From: Octopus vulgaris
Lineage: Eukaryota
DNA: 64,000 bases
Assembly: GCA_951406725.2 (NCBI GenBank)
Contig: OX597814.1
Coordinates: 100,316,001-100,380,000 of the forward strand
Direction: 5' to 3'
The notes beneath the pieces are model-generated. The model saw nothing but the letters and a program-made list of their open reading frames with translations. It ran no database searches and had not been told where the DNA came from. Position 1 is the first letter of the stretch; every line of letters begins with the position of its first letter. The translations under genes were made by a program, and so were the position numbers. Positions 53,307-64,000 of the stretch are shown here, piece after piece.

Positions 53307-54702
53307 TTTCTCACACTTTCTCTATCGCTTCCATAATTGAGTATGGCTAACAAAGATGGTAGCTTGTACAAAACACAACAGTAAAAAAAAGAAACCCCAC
53401 CCACCAAAGAAAACACCCAAAGAAACAAAACAAACCTTCAAAAGAAAGCAAACAAGAATCTAACATTTTAATACTCCCATGAAAACTGCATGAGATGCAA
53501 AATGGTATTTGTCGAATAAATAAACAAGAATTGTCTCTTCAATCTGAAGGCAAAAAGATGGACGTGGTCACAAATTAGGCGCGGTGGTGATGTCCTGAAT
53601 AAATCGACTCTTTATTTGATTGTTAGTTATTTCATCTTCCCCTTCTTCTCAACTGATGAAGGTAATAGAAATTGATCCTGTTCGAACTCATAAAGTAAAG
53701 AGACACAACTAAATGTTTCGTGGTATTTTAACTAGTAGTCTACTTATACTACGATACAACATTGCTATCTTTTTCAATAATAATTTTCTAAGTTGTTACA
53801 TAATCTAACCCATGTGTTTTTATTTCCAACTTTCAAAACGGATTCGAAATGTAAACCATTGCACTATGAGGGAGCTTCAAAGATTTAAGTCTGTTTAATA
53901 GAACCAGCAACCAAGTGCGTCCAACTCACAGCTGTCTGTCTTGAACTGAAGGCTCAGTAGATAAAATAGATAAGGATGGACTTTTCCTGAAGCAAATATA
54001 AGTTGGTTATGACTAGAATGTGCATGATCATAGGCTTACTCAATAGCGGCTTCGCTGGCACTATTCACCGCCAACAACAACTAAGACAACAACAAGAATC
54101 TCAAAGCTTACATAGCTATTTCAATCCAGAATTTGCCACTCTTATATACATATGTAAGGTTTAAACTAGCATTGAGATCTGTAATACTTTTAACTTAATT
54201 CTTCGCTAAACGGTTTTACAGAAAAAAAGGGAAAAAAGAAGAAGAAAGAAGGAAAAGGAAAGAGAAAAGAAGAAAGAAGAGGTGAAGGGAGACATACTGA
54301 ACACTTCCGAAAAAGAAATAAGGGAAAACGAAACAAATGTCATGCGTATAACATATCTAAAACCTACTAGTTCTGGAATGGAGTATTTCAAAGATCCATC
54401 CCCTATCGCACAATATTTCGCTTGTGCATGTTAGACTTCTATCACACTAACTCAGCATATGCAAAGTTCATATTTAGTGGACATCACAACACGTAACCCA
54501 TCACCCGGCTATTCTCCTGACCCAACGGCACAACTAACTGATCTAATCTGGCACCAGGACAGCAATTGTAAAGCAGCACTTACCAAATTACCATCGATCC
54601 TTCGTTGAATACATTTTTAGAGAACATCGAATACAGCTAATTATCACAACCAACAACATATACATACTACACAATTAACGAAGACAGATATACCACACAC
54701 TG

Positions 54703-54857
54703 AGTGGCTGTGTAGTAAGTAGCTTGCTCACGAACCACATGGTGCCGGGTTCGGTCCCACTGCGTGGCACCTTGGGCAAGTGTTTTCTACTATAACCTCT
54801 GGCCGATCAAAGCCTTGTGAGTGGATTTGGTAGACGGAAACTGAAAGAAGCCAATCG

Positions 54858-54951
<94 letters not shown>

Positions 54952-55158
54952 TGTGCCTGTGTTTCTCCCCTAACATCGCCTGACAACCTATGCTGGTTTG
55001 TTTACGTCCCCGTAACTTAGCGGTTCGGCAAAAGAGACAAATAGAATAAGTACTAGGCTTACAAAGAATAAGTCCTGGGGTCGATTTTCTCGACTAACGG
55101 CGCTGCTCCAGCATGGCCACAGTCAAATGACTGAAACAAGTAAAGAGAGTAAAAGAGT
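54703..55158 (+). mobile_element. SINE family A, full length, with internal (TA)n(TG)n
   Basis: Head, CORE-like segment and tail are all present. Confidence 0.93.
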
Positions 55159-56043
55159 ATAACACATCCACAACATTAACTTAGTATGTAGGGAAAGAGT
55201 AAAGACATCAAAACGATGAACAAGCATAATTAGAACCGCCCACAGGCACTCAATTTGACCACACACATCACACACACACACATCGACCACCAACAAAACG
55301 AAAGAAAGAAAAATACTAAAAGTGAAACATCAACCGGATATGAGAAAGATACAATTAATTGCTGCAGAATACCCTCCCTCGCCGCCGCCGCCACCACCGC
55401 TGCCATAATTACACATATGCCGCACACACAATAACATTACATTCATGTTCATATATATATATATATATGTAAATTGAGAATGTACATAGTCATTGCACTA
55501 AGTTCCATCATACCAATTTTCAGCACGACTAAAATTTAGCTATGAAGTTTTAGTCGAGGCGGAAAGTGGTAACGCAAAAACTCTACGTCTTTAAAAGAAC
55601 CTTCCCTAGATAAGATAGCGTAGACTAAATGCGTTTAACAACATAAAAACATTAACTATGTGACATTGATGATGTCTACACGATAAACTACGTCTAACGC
55701 AAAATTCTAAATGCATAAAAGTGTATAAAATTTGAGTCCTTGATTGTGGTAATTATCTGTATGTTTTCTATTAATTCTTCTGTCCTCGCGTTTGAATATA
55801 TGTATATTAACTTTTTCGGGTCCCAAAGAATGTGTGAACATGTATACTTGCAACTCACCAGAAGAAGAAAACATAATCGTAAAAACTACTACTCCTATTC
55901 ACGCTGAACAAATATGAAAGCCACATAGACAAATGTAAGTAGCAGCAGCTCCCCAAAATCCTCAATAGTCGCAGAATTGTGAAAATCAACACTACTTAAA
56001 AAAACATTCGCAGAACTATATATATATATATGTTTATATATAT

Positions 56044-56440
56044 CTTTTATCTTTTTTATCTTTTACTTGTTTCAGTCATTTGACTGCGGCCATGCTGGAG
56101 CACCGCCTTTAGTCGAGCAAATCGACCCCGGGACTTATTCTTTGTAAGCCCAGTACTTATTCTATCGGTCTCTTTTGCCGAACCGCTAAGTTACGGGGAC
56201 GTAAAAGCACCAGCATCGGTTGTCAAGCAATGCTAGGGGGACAAACACACACATATATATATAAATATATATACATATATACGACAGGCTTCTTTCAGTT
56301 TCCGTCTACCAAATCCACTCACAAGGCATTGGTCGGCCCGGGGCAATAGCAGAAGACACTTGCCCAAGATGCCACGCAGTGGGACTGAACCCGGAACCAT
56401 GTGGTTGGTTAGCAAGCTACTTACCACACAGCCATTCCTG

Positions 56441-56441
<1 letters not shown>
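56044..56441 (-). mobile_element. SINE family A, young full-length copy
   Basis: Close reverse complement of the 29176 copy. Confidence 0.93.
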
Positions 56442-56514
<73 letters not shown>

Positions 56515-56538
56515 ATATGTATGTATGTGTGTGTGTAA

Positions 56539-56735
56539 GACCGTGTGTGTACCGTTGGCGATTTTTTACCTCCCTCTTCCCTTCTTTGGATCTTTCCTTT
56601 TCCTATGTTTCTGACGAAGAGCTCCGCTCGAAACGTTAATCCCTCCTTCTTTCCTTACTTCCTGAGCGTCCAATAATACTATATTTGTTCCACGTCCACG
56701 TGTTGTATTTTCTTTTTGTGTTTTCATGTTTGGAT

Positions 56736-56739
<4 letters not shown>
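56539..56739 (+). mobile_element. Penelope-like terminal repeat fragment with a minimal hammerhead
   Basis: Homologous to 45234-45443 with the same start and end points. It is followed by (TA)n. Confidence 0.7.
56607..56641 (+). ncRNA. Minimal type I hammerhead ribozyme motif, intact core
   Basis: GTTT-CTGACGA-A-GAGC(TCC)GCTC-GAAA-CGTT-AATC. The CUGANGA and GAAA boxes are intact and stem I has one mismatch. Confidence 0.7.
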
Positions 56740-56773
<34 letters not shown>

Positions 56774-57814
56774 TGTATGTATGTATATATCTATCTATCT
56801 GTCTATATGTACATATAATTGATGTTTGTATTACAGTCACGATGAGAATCATAAAGAATCATTATCTGCTGCAGTAACATCAACAACTACAACGACAAAC
56901 ATCTGTATATGTACATACTACTTTTTAAACACTATTTGTCACATGCTAAATAAAAACATTGCTTGATTTATTCTTTTACTAATTTCTTTTTATTTACTAC
57001 TTTTCTTACCTTCAATTATTTCTTTGTTTATACGTTCCTCAATTGCTGTCCATAGAGATGACAGTGTGTCCTTCACATGAAATCTGACTCCTGTTTCAAA
57101 GTTCAACTATTTCATTTCAAGTTAAAGTAGTTCGTCGTATAGAGTAGCATAAATGAAGACATAAATGGCCACTAAACAAAGAAAGATAAAATGTCGGCTA
57201 CTGAACATCTCTCCACACTTTCACACTAGTTACCATTTCTGACAATTTGCTGAATATTTTGTTTCGTCAGGAGATCAGACCGAGATTTTTTCTCTTTGGT
57301 ACGCTAAAATAAAGAGATTAGACGTGAAATAAAGAGATGAAGAAAGGGGATGAATAGGCAAGAGACATTTAAAGGAATTCTCATTTCTAGAAGAACTTTA
57401 ATATACACTGGTTATATATTTTACAATGTCCTCTGTAAATCATTCCACAAATAAATAAAATGTTAATTACGGGTCGTTTGAGGAAGAGAAAATCATTTTA
57501 CAGTTAGCTCCATTAAACACTGAAATTCCTCCTCGGGCACTTGCGAAATTCTTCCGTTCTTTCTTTCACATCTTCCATCCTTCTAATTTTTTTTTTATTT
57601 CTATATTATTTGTGTGGTTTGTATACGGTGCAGTGGTTGTGAGGACTGAAAAAGGAGACGGACAAATTGCCGTTTAATAATAAAAATAAAACTAAAGCAG
57701 TTTTAAACTTTTTAACGTGTCCACACCATGGCCATACAAAAATCTCTGTTCTGACTTCTCTTAGACGTTCAGTTGAGGAATATAAATATGTTGACTAATA
57801 TGTGTTGGTAGGGT

Positions 57815-57950
57815 AAGGCAGTGAGCTAGCAGAATCGCTAGGATACCAGCCAAAATGATTAGCGGTATCTCGTCTGCCGTTACGTTCTGAGTTGGTTTAA
57901 TCGACTTATCCGCCTCCCCGCAAAACTGTAGGCCTTGTATCAAAATTTGA
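57815..57950 (+). mobile_element. SINE family B with internal deletion
   Basis: The head GAGCTAGCAGAATCG…CGTTACGTTCTGAGTT is joined to the tail TAATCGACT…GGCCTTGT. Confidence 0.8.
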
Positions 57951-58156
57951 AGTCTTTATATTTTGGTAGGGTTGGAGCTGGTATCAACATATTCATGTCA
58001 ACGATCTTAAACACATGATGGAATGGAAGGATTATTTAAAATTCTATTTGATCGAGAGGATAAAAGGTTGTTGAGCCTAAACTTAGCTCTTATCGCCAAG
58101 ATTTATAACCAAAGAGTCCTAGCCATGACCATTCTATTTCATTTTCAAATAATGTG

Positions 58157-58207
<51 letters not shown>

Positions 58208-58225
58208 TGTATATCTATCTATCCA

Positions 58226-58305
<80 letters not shown>

Positions 58306-58324
58306 CATACATACATACATGCAC

Positions 58325-58357
<33 letters not shown>

Positions 58358-58372
58358 CAGAGAGAGACAGAA

Positions 58373-58414
<42 letters not shown>

Positions 58415-58548
58415 TAACATATACATATAGCGGATGGTTATAGATATCACTCTAGTGCAAGAACAGTTATATGAAATGTATTACTTAATACTGTTTGACA
58501 GAATAGAAAAAATCCAAGAAACTTGAGTTAGAATGGGTTGAGGAACTA

Positions 58549-59820
58549 TTGGGCTGGCAACTAAGTTCCCGCCATTTTTTTAAATTTTGGAATTTATTGT
58601 GTTTCTAAATTTTGGAATCTATTGTTTTCGAGAATTCTCTTTTTGAATCATTTTAGAATCTATTTTGCTTTTTTCTTTCTAGTTAATTTTTGTCAATTTT
58701 TGTTTATTTTCAGATCATTAACATGGAATGTCAAGTTAAGAAAAACGAGCATTTTCGACACCTCCTCCTTTTTGCTTTTAATCAAGGTTCTAAGTCCGCA
58801 AAAGCTGCTCCCAACATTTGTGCTGTGTATGGAGAGGGTGCCATAGCTGAAAGAACCGCTCGTGATTGGTATGCCAAGTTCAAAAATGGAAATTTTTACC
58901 TCAAAGTCTCACCTCGTTCTGGCCGTCCAGTTGAGTTCGATGAATAACGATTATACCAACTTTTGCACGAAAATTCTCGTCAAACGACAAGGAAACTCAC
59001 ACTGCTATAGAGAAGCCTCTTCACGCGATGGGAAAGTTCAGAAGTATGGAGCATGGGTTCAGCATGCTTTAATTGACAACAACAAAAATCAGCGAGCCAT
59101 AATCTCCGTTAGTTTGTTTGCTCATCACAGCTCAACTCATGGAAACAAGCAACGATTTCTTTACCAAATCGTTACTGGCAACAAAAAATGGTGCCTGTAC
59201 ATCAATATGAAGCAGAGTAAGGAATGGTTTAGCCCCAGTAAACAAGCACACCACGCGTGAAACAAGATCTTCATTCACGTAAAACTATGTTGTGCGTATG
59301 GTGGGACTGGGAAGAGATTATCCATTACGAATTTCTTGAACGGAAACAAACAGTCAACGCGGAACTCTATGTTCAACAGATGGAACGACGCAACACGTCT
59401 ATTCAAGAGAAAAGACCTAATCGGCAGCATGGCGTTCTTCTGCTGCACGACAACGCCCGCCCTCATATCGTCAATATGACCAAGGAAACCGTCCAAACAC
59501 ATGGCTGAGAAGTGCTGCCACACCCGCCGTACTCTCCTGATTTGGAACCAACGGATTTCCACCTCTTTCGATCTCTTTCAAATGCTATGTTCGGAGTTTC
59601 GTTCAATAATGATGCAGAATTGAGAGCTTGGTTGGATCAATTTTTCGAGTCGAAATCGGGTGATTTCTACCAACGAGGTATTGAAAATCTTGTTGAACGT
59701 TGGGAAGAAGTTATAAACAACTAGGGTGAATACATTATTGATTAATTAGTTGTTATTTTTTATTAAACCTTTTAAAACAATTCAATTTAAAAAATGGCGG
59801 AAACTTAGCTGCCAACCCAA
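58549..59820 (+). mobile_element. Full-length mariner element (1272 bp), TA TSD
   Basis: TIRs TTGGGCTGGCAACTAAGTTCCCGCCATTTTT and AAAAATGGCGGAAACTTAGCTGCCAACCCAA, each flanked by TA. Confidence 0.95.
58723..59755 (+). pseudogene. Mariner DD34D transposase pseudogene
   Basis: MECQVKKNEHFRHLLLFAF…PRSGRP…GAWVQHAL…IVTGNKKW…MLCVWWD…LLHDNARPH…HPPYSPDLEPTDFHLFRSL, spread over several frames with stops, frameshifts and a deletion. Confidence 0.93.
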
Positions 59821-61764
59821 TACTTAACTTGGCTTGAATGCCCTTGTTATAATCAGATATACATTTACTATATAATCATTTCCACAGAGCTATTTTTATA
59901 TAGATACAATGTTATTTTTTTAATAGACAAATTCAAAATAGATGCAAGTAAAAATTATATTTTGGGCAGCGTCCAAATCCAGTTGACAAAGCAACACCAT
60001 AGAAACTCCACAACAACTCCACTTTTCACAATATTTTTATTTCCCTTCGAATCTAAATCTGTAAGGTTATGAGTTAAATGAAAAATCGATGTTCCATTAC
60101 GGCGTGAGAGGAGTAAATTGGTAAGGCATAACTAGACAGGATGATGACGTGTAAGATCTTTGTACTTCAACATTCTATGTTCTCTGGAACTTTCTTTCGC
60201 GGTTGATATTAAGGTACATTATACAATGCTTTTGCAAAAACTGTCCTTATATCTAAGTAAGAATCAAAAACTCTGTCACTGAAGTATCTCAGAAAAATGG
60301 GTAAGACGCCCATCGGATGCAGTTGATTATTGATGTAGCTCATCTGGAGCTACATTATACAGTTTTGTGGGTCTGTGCGCGATGTACAATGACAATCAAA
60401 TTACACAAATGCATTTTTAGTGTCATAAATATATTCCTTTGGATTGGGTACCAGTCCAGATTCTGGAATTACGGGATTTCCACCATTCAGATATATGTAA
60501 AATCAAATTCTTCTCTTTACTTTGGTAATAATATTCTTTTCAACTACAATAAAGCATCCGTGAAATAAAGTTGATGAACTTGTATTTTTTCGCTGATCTG
60601 TTGTTTTTTCCTGTTGTTTCTCCTACAACTGTAAAATGAAGAAAGTTATCTTTTTTCTTTAAAAGTTGATAAATGTTTTGCTAATGTTGCATTAGATCAC
60701 GAACAAGCGTATCTTAAATACATCGGTGGTTGAATCAAATGTCACATTACTGTTTGCGAGTTACATTATTTCTGATGAACACTACATGCCCTTTTATTGC
60801 AAATACACTGATACGAAAATTGGTTTTCAATACACATTTCTTTGTGATGCTGGTAGCGATATGAGGAAAAGGCACTTATATACAACAAGAGAAGAATGGA
60901 TTAGCATTAAACAAAGTGTACGAAAGAAGTTTAAAGTTCACTTTAATATTTAGAGAGTAAAGTGAAATTAATGAGAAGAAGCTGATGTTTTATAATTGGC
61001 GTCAGCTTCGGGGGTCATTAGGAACTCTGTTATGTCGTAAAAGTAATAATAATAATTTGTTAAAAAGAAAATAATGGATTATATACCAATTAGTCTTGTA
61101 GCTCCCCATCTGGAGAAATTGTTGCATCACTGTCGCAGAAAAGAAAAGAAGAAAGAGAGGATTGTACTTGTTTTACATAGCAAGTACAAAGAATGTTTTG
61201 ATCATTAAGAATTCAGCTATTTTAAATGGCAGCTGAGAATTCTTACAAATTGTTTTGACATGTGTGCTCCGATTATTTCAACTGCAATTATGACACGTCT
61301 AGTTTATCTTGATATTATTCTTGTAATAAGCTCTCAAACATTAATTTAGTGGCTATAACATTTTTTTCCTAGTCCTTCTCTGACAATATCAAGCTATGAA
61401 ACAACATGCTGTTAATCCTGTTCACTTGATTCAATGTTAACACTTTGGCATACCTATTTCGAGAGTTTTACAAGAATTTATGTGTACATGTGTGCGTGTG
61501 AGTTTGTGACTCTGTGTGTGAGTGTGCGTAAGGGGTTGAGCGAAGGTGCGTATGTGTGTGTGTAGGCATTTATGCATATTTCCAGTTAGTGTAGAATAGT
61601 GTGCACTTAATAGACTCAGCGCATTGTCTGAATGTGGACATCTTTCTATCAACCAATCTGTCTATTTAACTATATCTTTCTTCCTCTTTCTTTCTCTCTC
61701 TCTGTATATGTGTGTGTGTAAATCTAAACATATATATGTATGTATGTGTGTGAGTGTGTATGTA

Positions 61765-61844
<80 letters not shown>

Positions 61845-61862
61845 TAAATACATAGATATATA

Positions 61863-62037
61863 CAATAATCCCTCGACTACCGCGGGTATTAGGTTCCAAA
61901 ATCTCCCACATAAAAAATTAAGATCTCAAAAAAATATAAATACTTATCGGCCGCAGAAACCAACGATATACTGAGAAGTCCCCGATATAAATTTACATAT
62001 ATTAACCCCAAAAGAACGCGATATTACGGCGTGGGAT

Positions 62038-62041
<4 letters not shown>
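61863..62041. mobile_element. Tigger/pogo-like MITE
   Basis: TA|CAATAATCCCTCGACTACCGCG…CGCGATATTACGGCGTGGGATTATG|TA, with decayed TIRs and TA TSD. Confidence 0.6.
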
Positions 62042-62080
<39 letters not shown>

Positions 62081-62090
62081 TATATATATA

Positions 62091-63200
62091 TAAGGCTGAG
62101 TAAAAAGTAAGCAACGTTTTGAAACATGAAAGTCATCACAATATATTTCAGCAATGCAGAAATTTTATTCATCAAATTAAGTACCATTACAAGCAACACA
62201 TTTTTACCAACGAGTTACAACTTTGTCTATTCCGATAAAATCCAGAGTTCTAGAGTGTATGAACTCTTTGAATGCACTTTCAGTATCGGTTTGATTTTTG
62301 AACTCCTCTCTCAGGAAACTATTAGGGTACTTGAAAAGCAGTAGTCGGTAGGAGAAAGGTCTGGGAAATAAGCTAGGTGGGGAACAGGACATTAGAGAAA
62401 CGTATGGTCGAGCAATGTCATGAAGAAATGATTGGCCCTCTTTTGTTGACCAGTCTGGGATGGAGGACTATCAGCTTTTCGTTCGTTTTGGCCATTTCAT
62501 AATTTTGCAGTAATGTTTTTCCCGGTTTTTAAGAAGTTATAGCGTATGAGTCCTGCAGTACACACCAAACAGTCACCATAACCTTCTTTTTGAAGATCAC
62601 GAGTTTGAGGAAGATTTTCGCTACTTTATTTTGGTCCAACCACTGCAAAGAACATTTTTTTAAATTATTGTACAGAATCCACTTTTCATCGCAAGTTACA
62701 ATACGGTAGAAAAATGAATTAGTCTGGTTATAAAGAAGCGACGAGCAAATTTCACATCTGCGCATTTCTGATTTTCATTCAAATCCTGTGGTACCCATTT
62801 TTCTAGACTTTTTGAATTTCCGATCGGATGCAAATTGTTGCAGGCAGTTTTCTGGCTAACTTGAAGTTCTTTTGCCAGATATCGAGTGGTTTTACGTGAA
62901 TTTTTCTCATTGACGTTCTGTAATTGACCGTCATCGATGACAGATGGGCGTCCAGTACGCTCATGATGTTCAAGTCCCAGGTCTCCACTTTAAAATCGTT
63001 TAAACCATTTCCGAGCTGACCACTCACTGGTCATTTCCTCACCACACGTTCCCTTGTAATCCGAGCAGTTTCAACTGCTTTACGTCCTTTTCTGAAGTTG
63101 AATAGCAAAATGGCTCGAATATCGCGCTTTGATAGTTCCATTTCAGATGATTGTAATAACGGTGAAAAAAATGTCAATGTTAATTTATTGATGTATTTGG
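62091..63200 (-). mobile_element. Degraded mariner element with internal deletion
   Basis: The minus strand gives MELSKRDIRAILLFNFRKG, WVPQDL, RIVTCDEKWILYNN, KKVMVTVWC and PPSLFPRPFSYRL (a decayed YSPDL region). Confidence 0.88.
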
Positions 63201-63306
63201 GTAAGTGTGTGTGTATGTGTGTGCGAATTGTATGCACATATGTATGCATGTACTTGAAAGAATAGATATCAAAAAAATTCTATGTTATTCGAAAATTTAA
63301 TTTGAT

Positions 63307-63400
63307 TTGCACTACAGCTGTTTCAATGGCTGAATTTCAATTAGTGAATAGTTAATTTATTTATTTGAATGCAACGGGCAAATCGCTTCCTCAGGTACAA
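63307..63400 (-). ncRNA. Hammerhead-like motif with long stem-II region
   Basis: The minus strand reads TTGTAC-CTGAGGA-(~63 nt)-GAAA-CAGCTG-TA-GTGCAA. Stem I has 6 bp with one G-U, stem III is palindromic, and the cleavage triplet is GUA. Stem II pairing is poor. Confidence 0.5.
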
Positions 63401-64000
63401 GTTTTGAAATTAAAATATCAGTATAGCTGTTTTGAATATAACTGAAAATGCAAATAAGACTATGGCCTAGCTCTGCCCAACATTTTCAGCAGTACAAAGT
63501 AAGAACAAAGTGTCAGTTAAATCACTTTTTTCATTAGCTTCGATTTCATATGCAGTAGCATAAGTGTTGAAGTTAATGTAAAAGAAATTTATATTTTCGT
63601 ATAAGTGATACAATTCAGATACAACAGTTTAAAAACATTACGAGCCAGAAGCTGGACTAAGATTTAAAACAATTTTTATGCCAAACTTAAATGATACAAG
63701 TGAATATATAACAAGCGGGTTATATAGTATATTGATATAGTTATTTGTATAAACTAAAAGAGTGCACTTAACGAAGTCTTTCTCCAACAATAGAACAGTG
63801 TTCAAATGAAAGCTGACAGCAATAAAACATTAAAGACGTAAAACCGTTAACGCCAATATTAAACTTTTTTCATCTATACATTCAGACTCAAAATCGATCA
63901 AAATAGAATTATTTCAATACAGATGCAAAGGTTTTTTCTTTATTATTTTGCTATTGAGTTTGTAGTGCATTTTTTTTACTTATTTGTTCTTCAATCCTTC

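Noticed and set aside
53648-53682. CTGATGA…GAAA hammerhead-like spacing
   Set aside because: There is no stem II pairing, and it lies in what looks like a decayed SINE family B core.

Overview
This is AT-rich animal genomic DNA made almost entirely of microsatellites and transposable-element debris. The SINE families and repeat landscape suggest a coleoid cephalopod, most likely Octopus (inferred from remembered repeat families, not from a search). I found no intact host protein-coding gene, rRNA or tRNA gene. Nearly all ORFs in the track are translations of (TA)n, (TACA)n, (ATT)n or (CA)n repeats. Supported content: at least four tRNA-derived SINE families; four non-autonomous Helitrons with exact A|TC...CTAG|T ends, two of them head-to-tail; three mariner relics and one Tc1 relic; LINE relics of the R4/Dong, RTE, CR1-group and CRE types; several MITE-like or hairpin elements; and Penelope-like terminal fragments carrying minimal hammerhead ribozyme motifs. 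The most notable signals are (i) several hammerhead-like motifs, including two copies with complementary single lesions and one long-stem-II variant, (ii) a strand-polarised stack of R4/Dong fragments and an unidentified non-coding partner retroposon, all embedded in (TAA)n, (iii) a SINE 1.8-mer bounded by one TSD pair, and (iv) a CpG-rich promoter-like island at about 36.0-37.6 kb. All alignments and identities were judged by eye.
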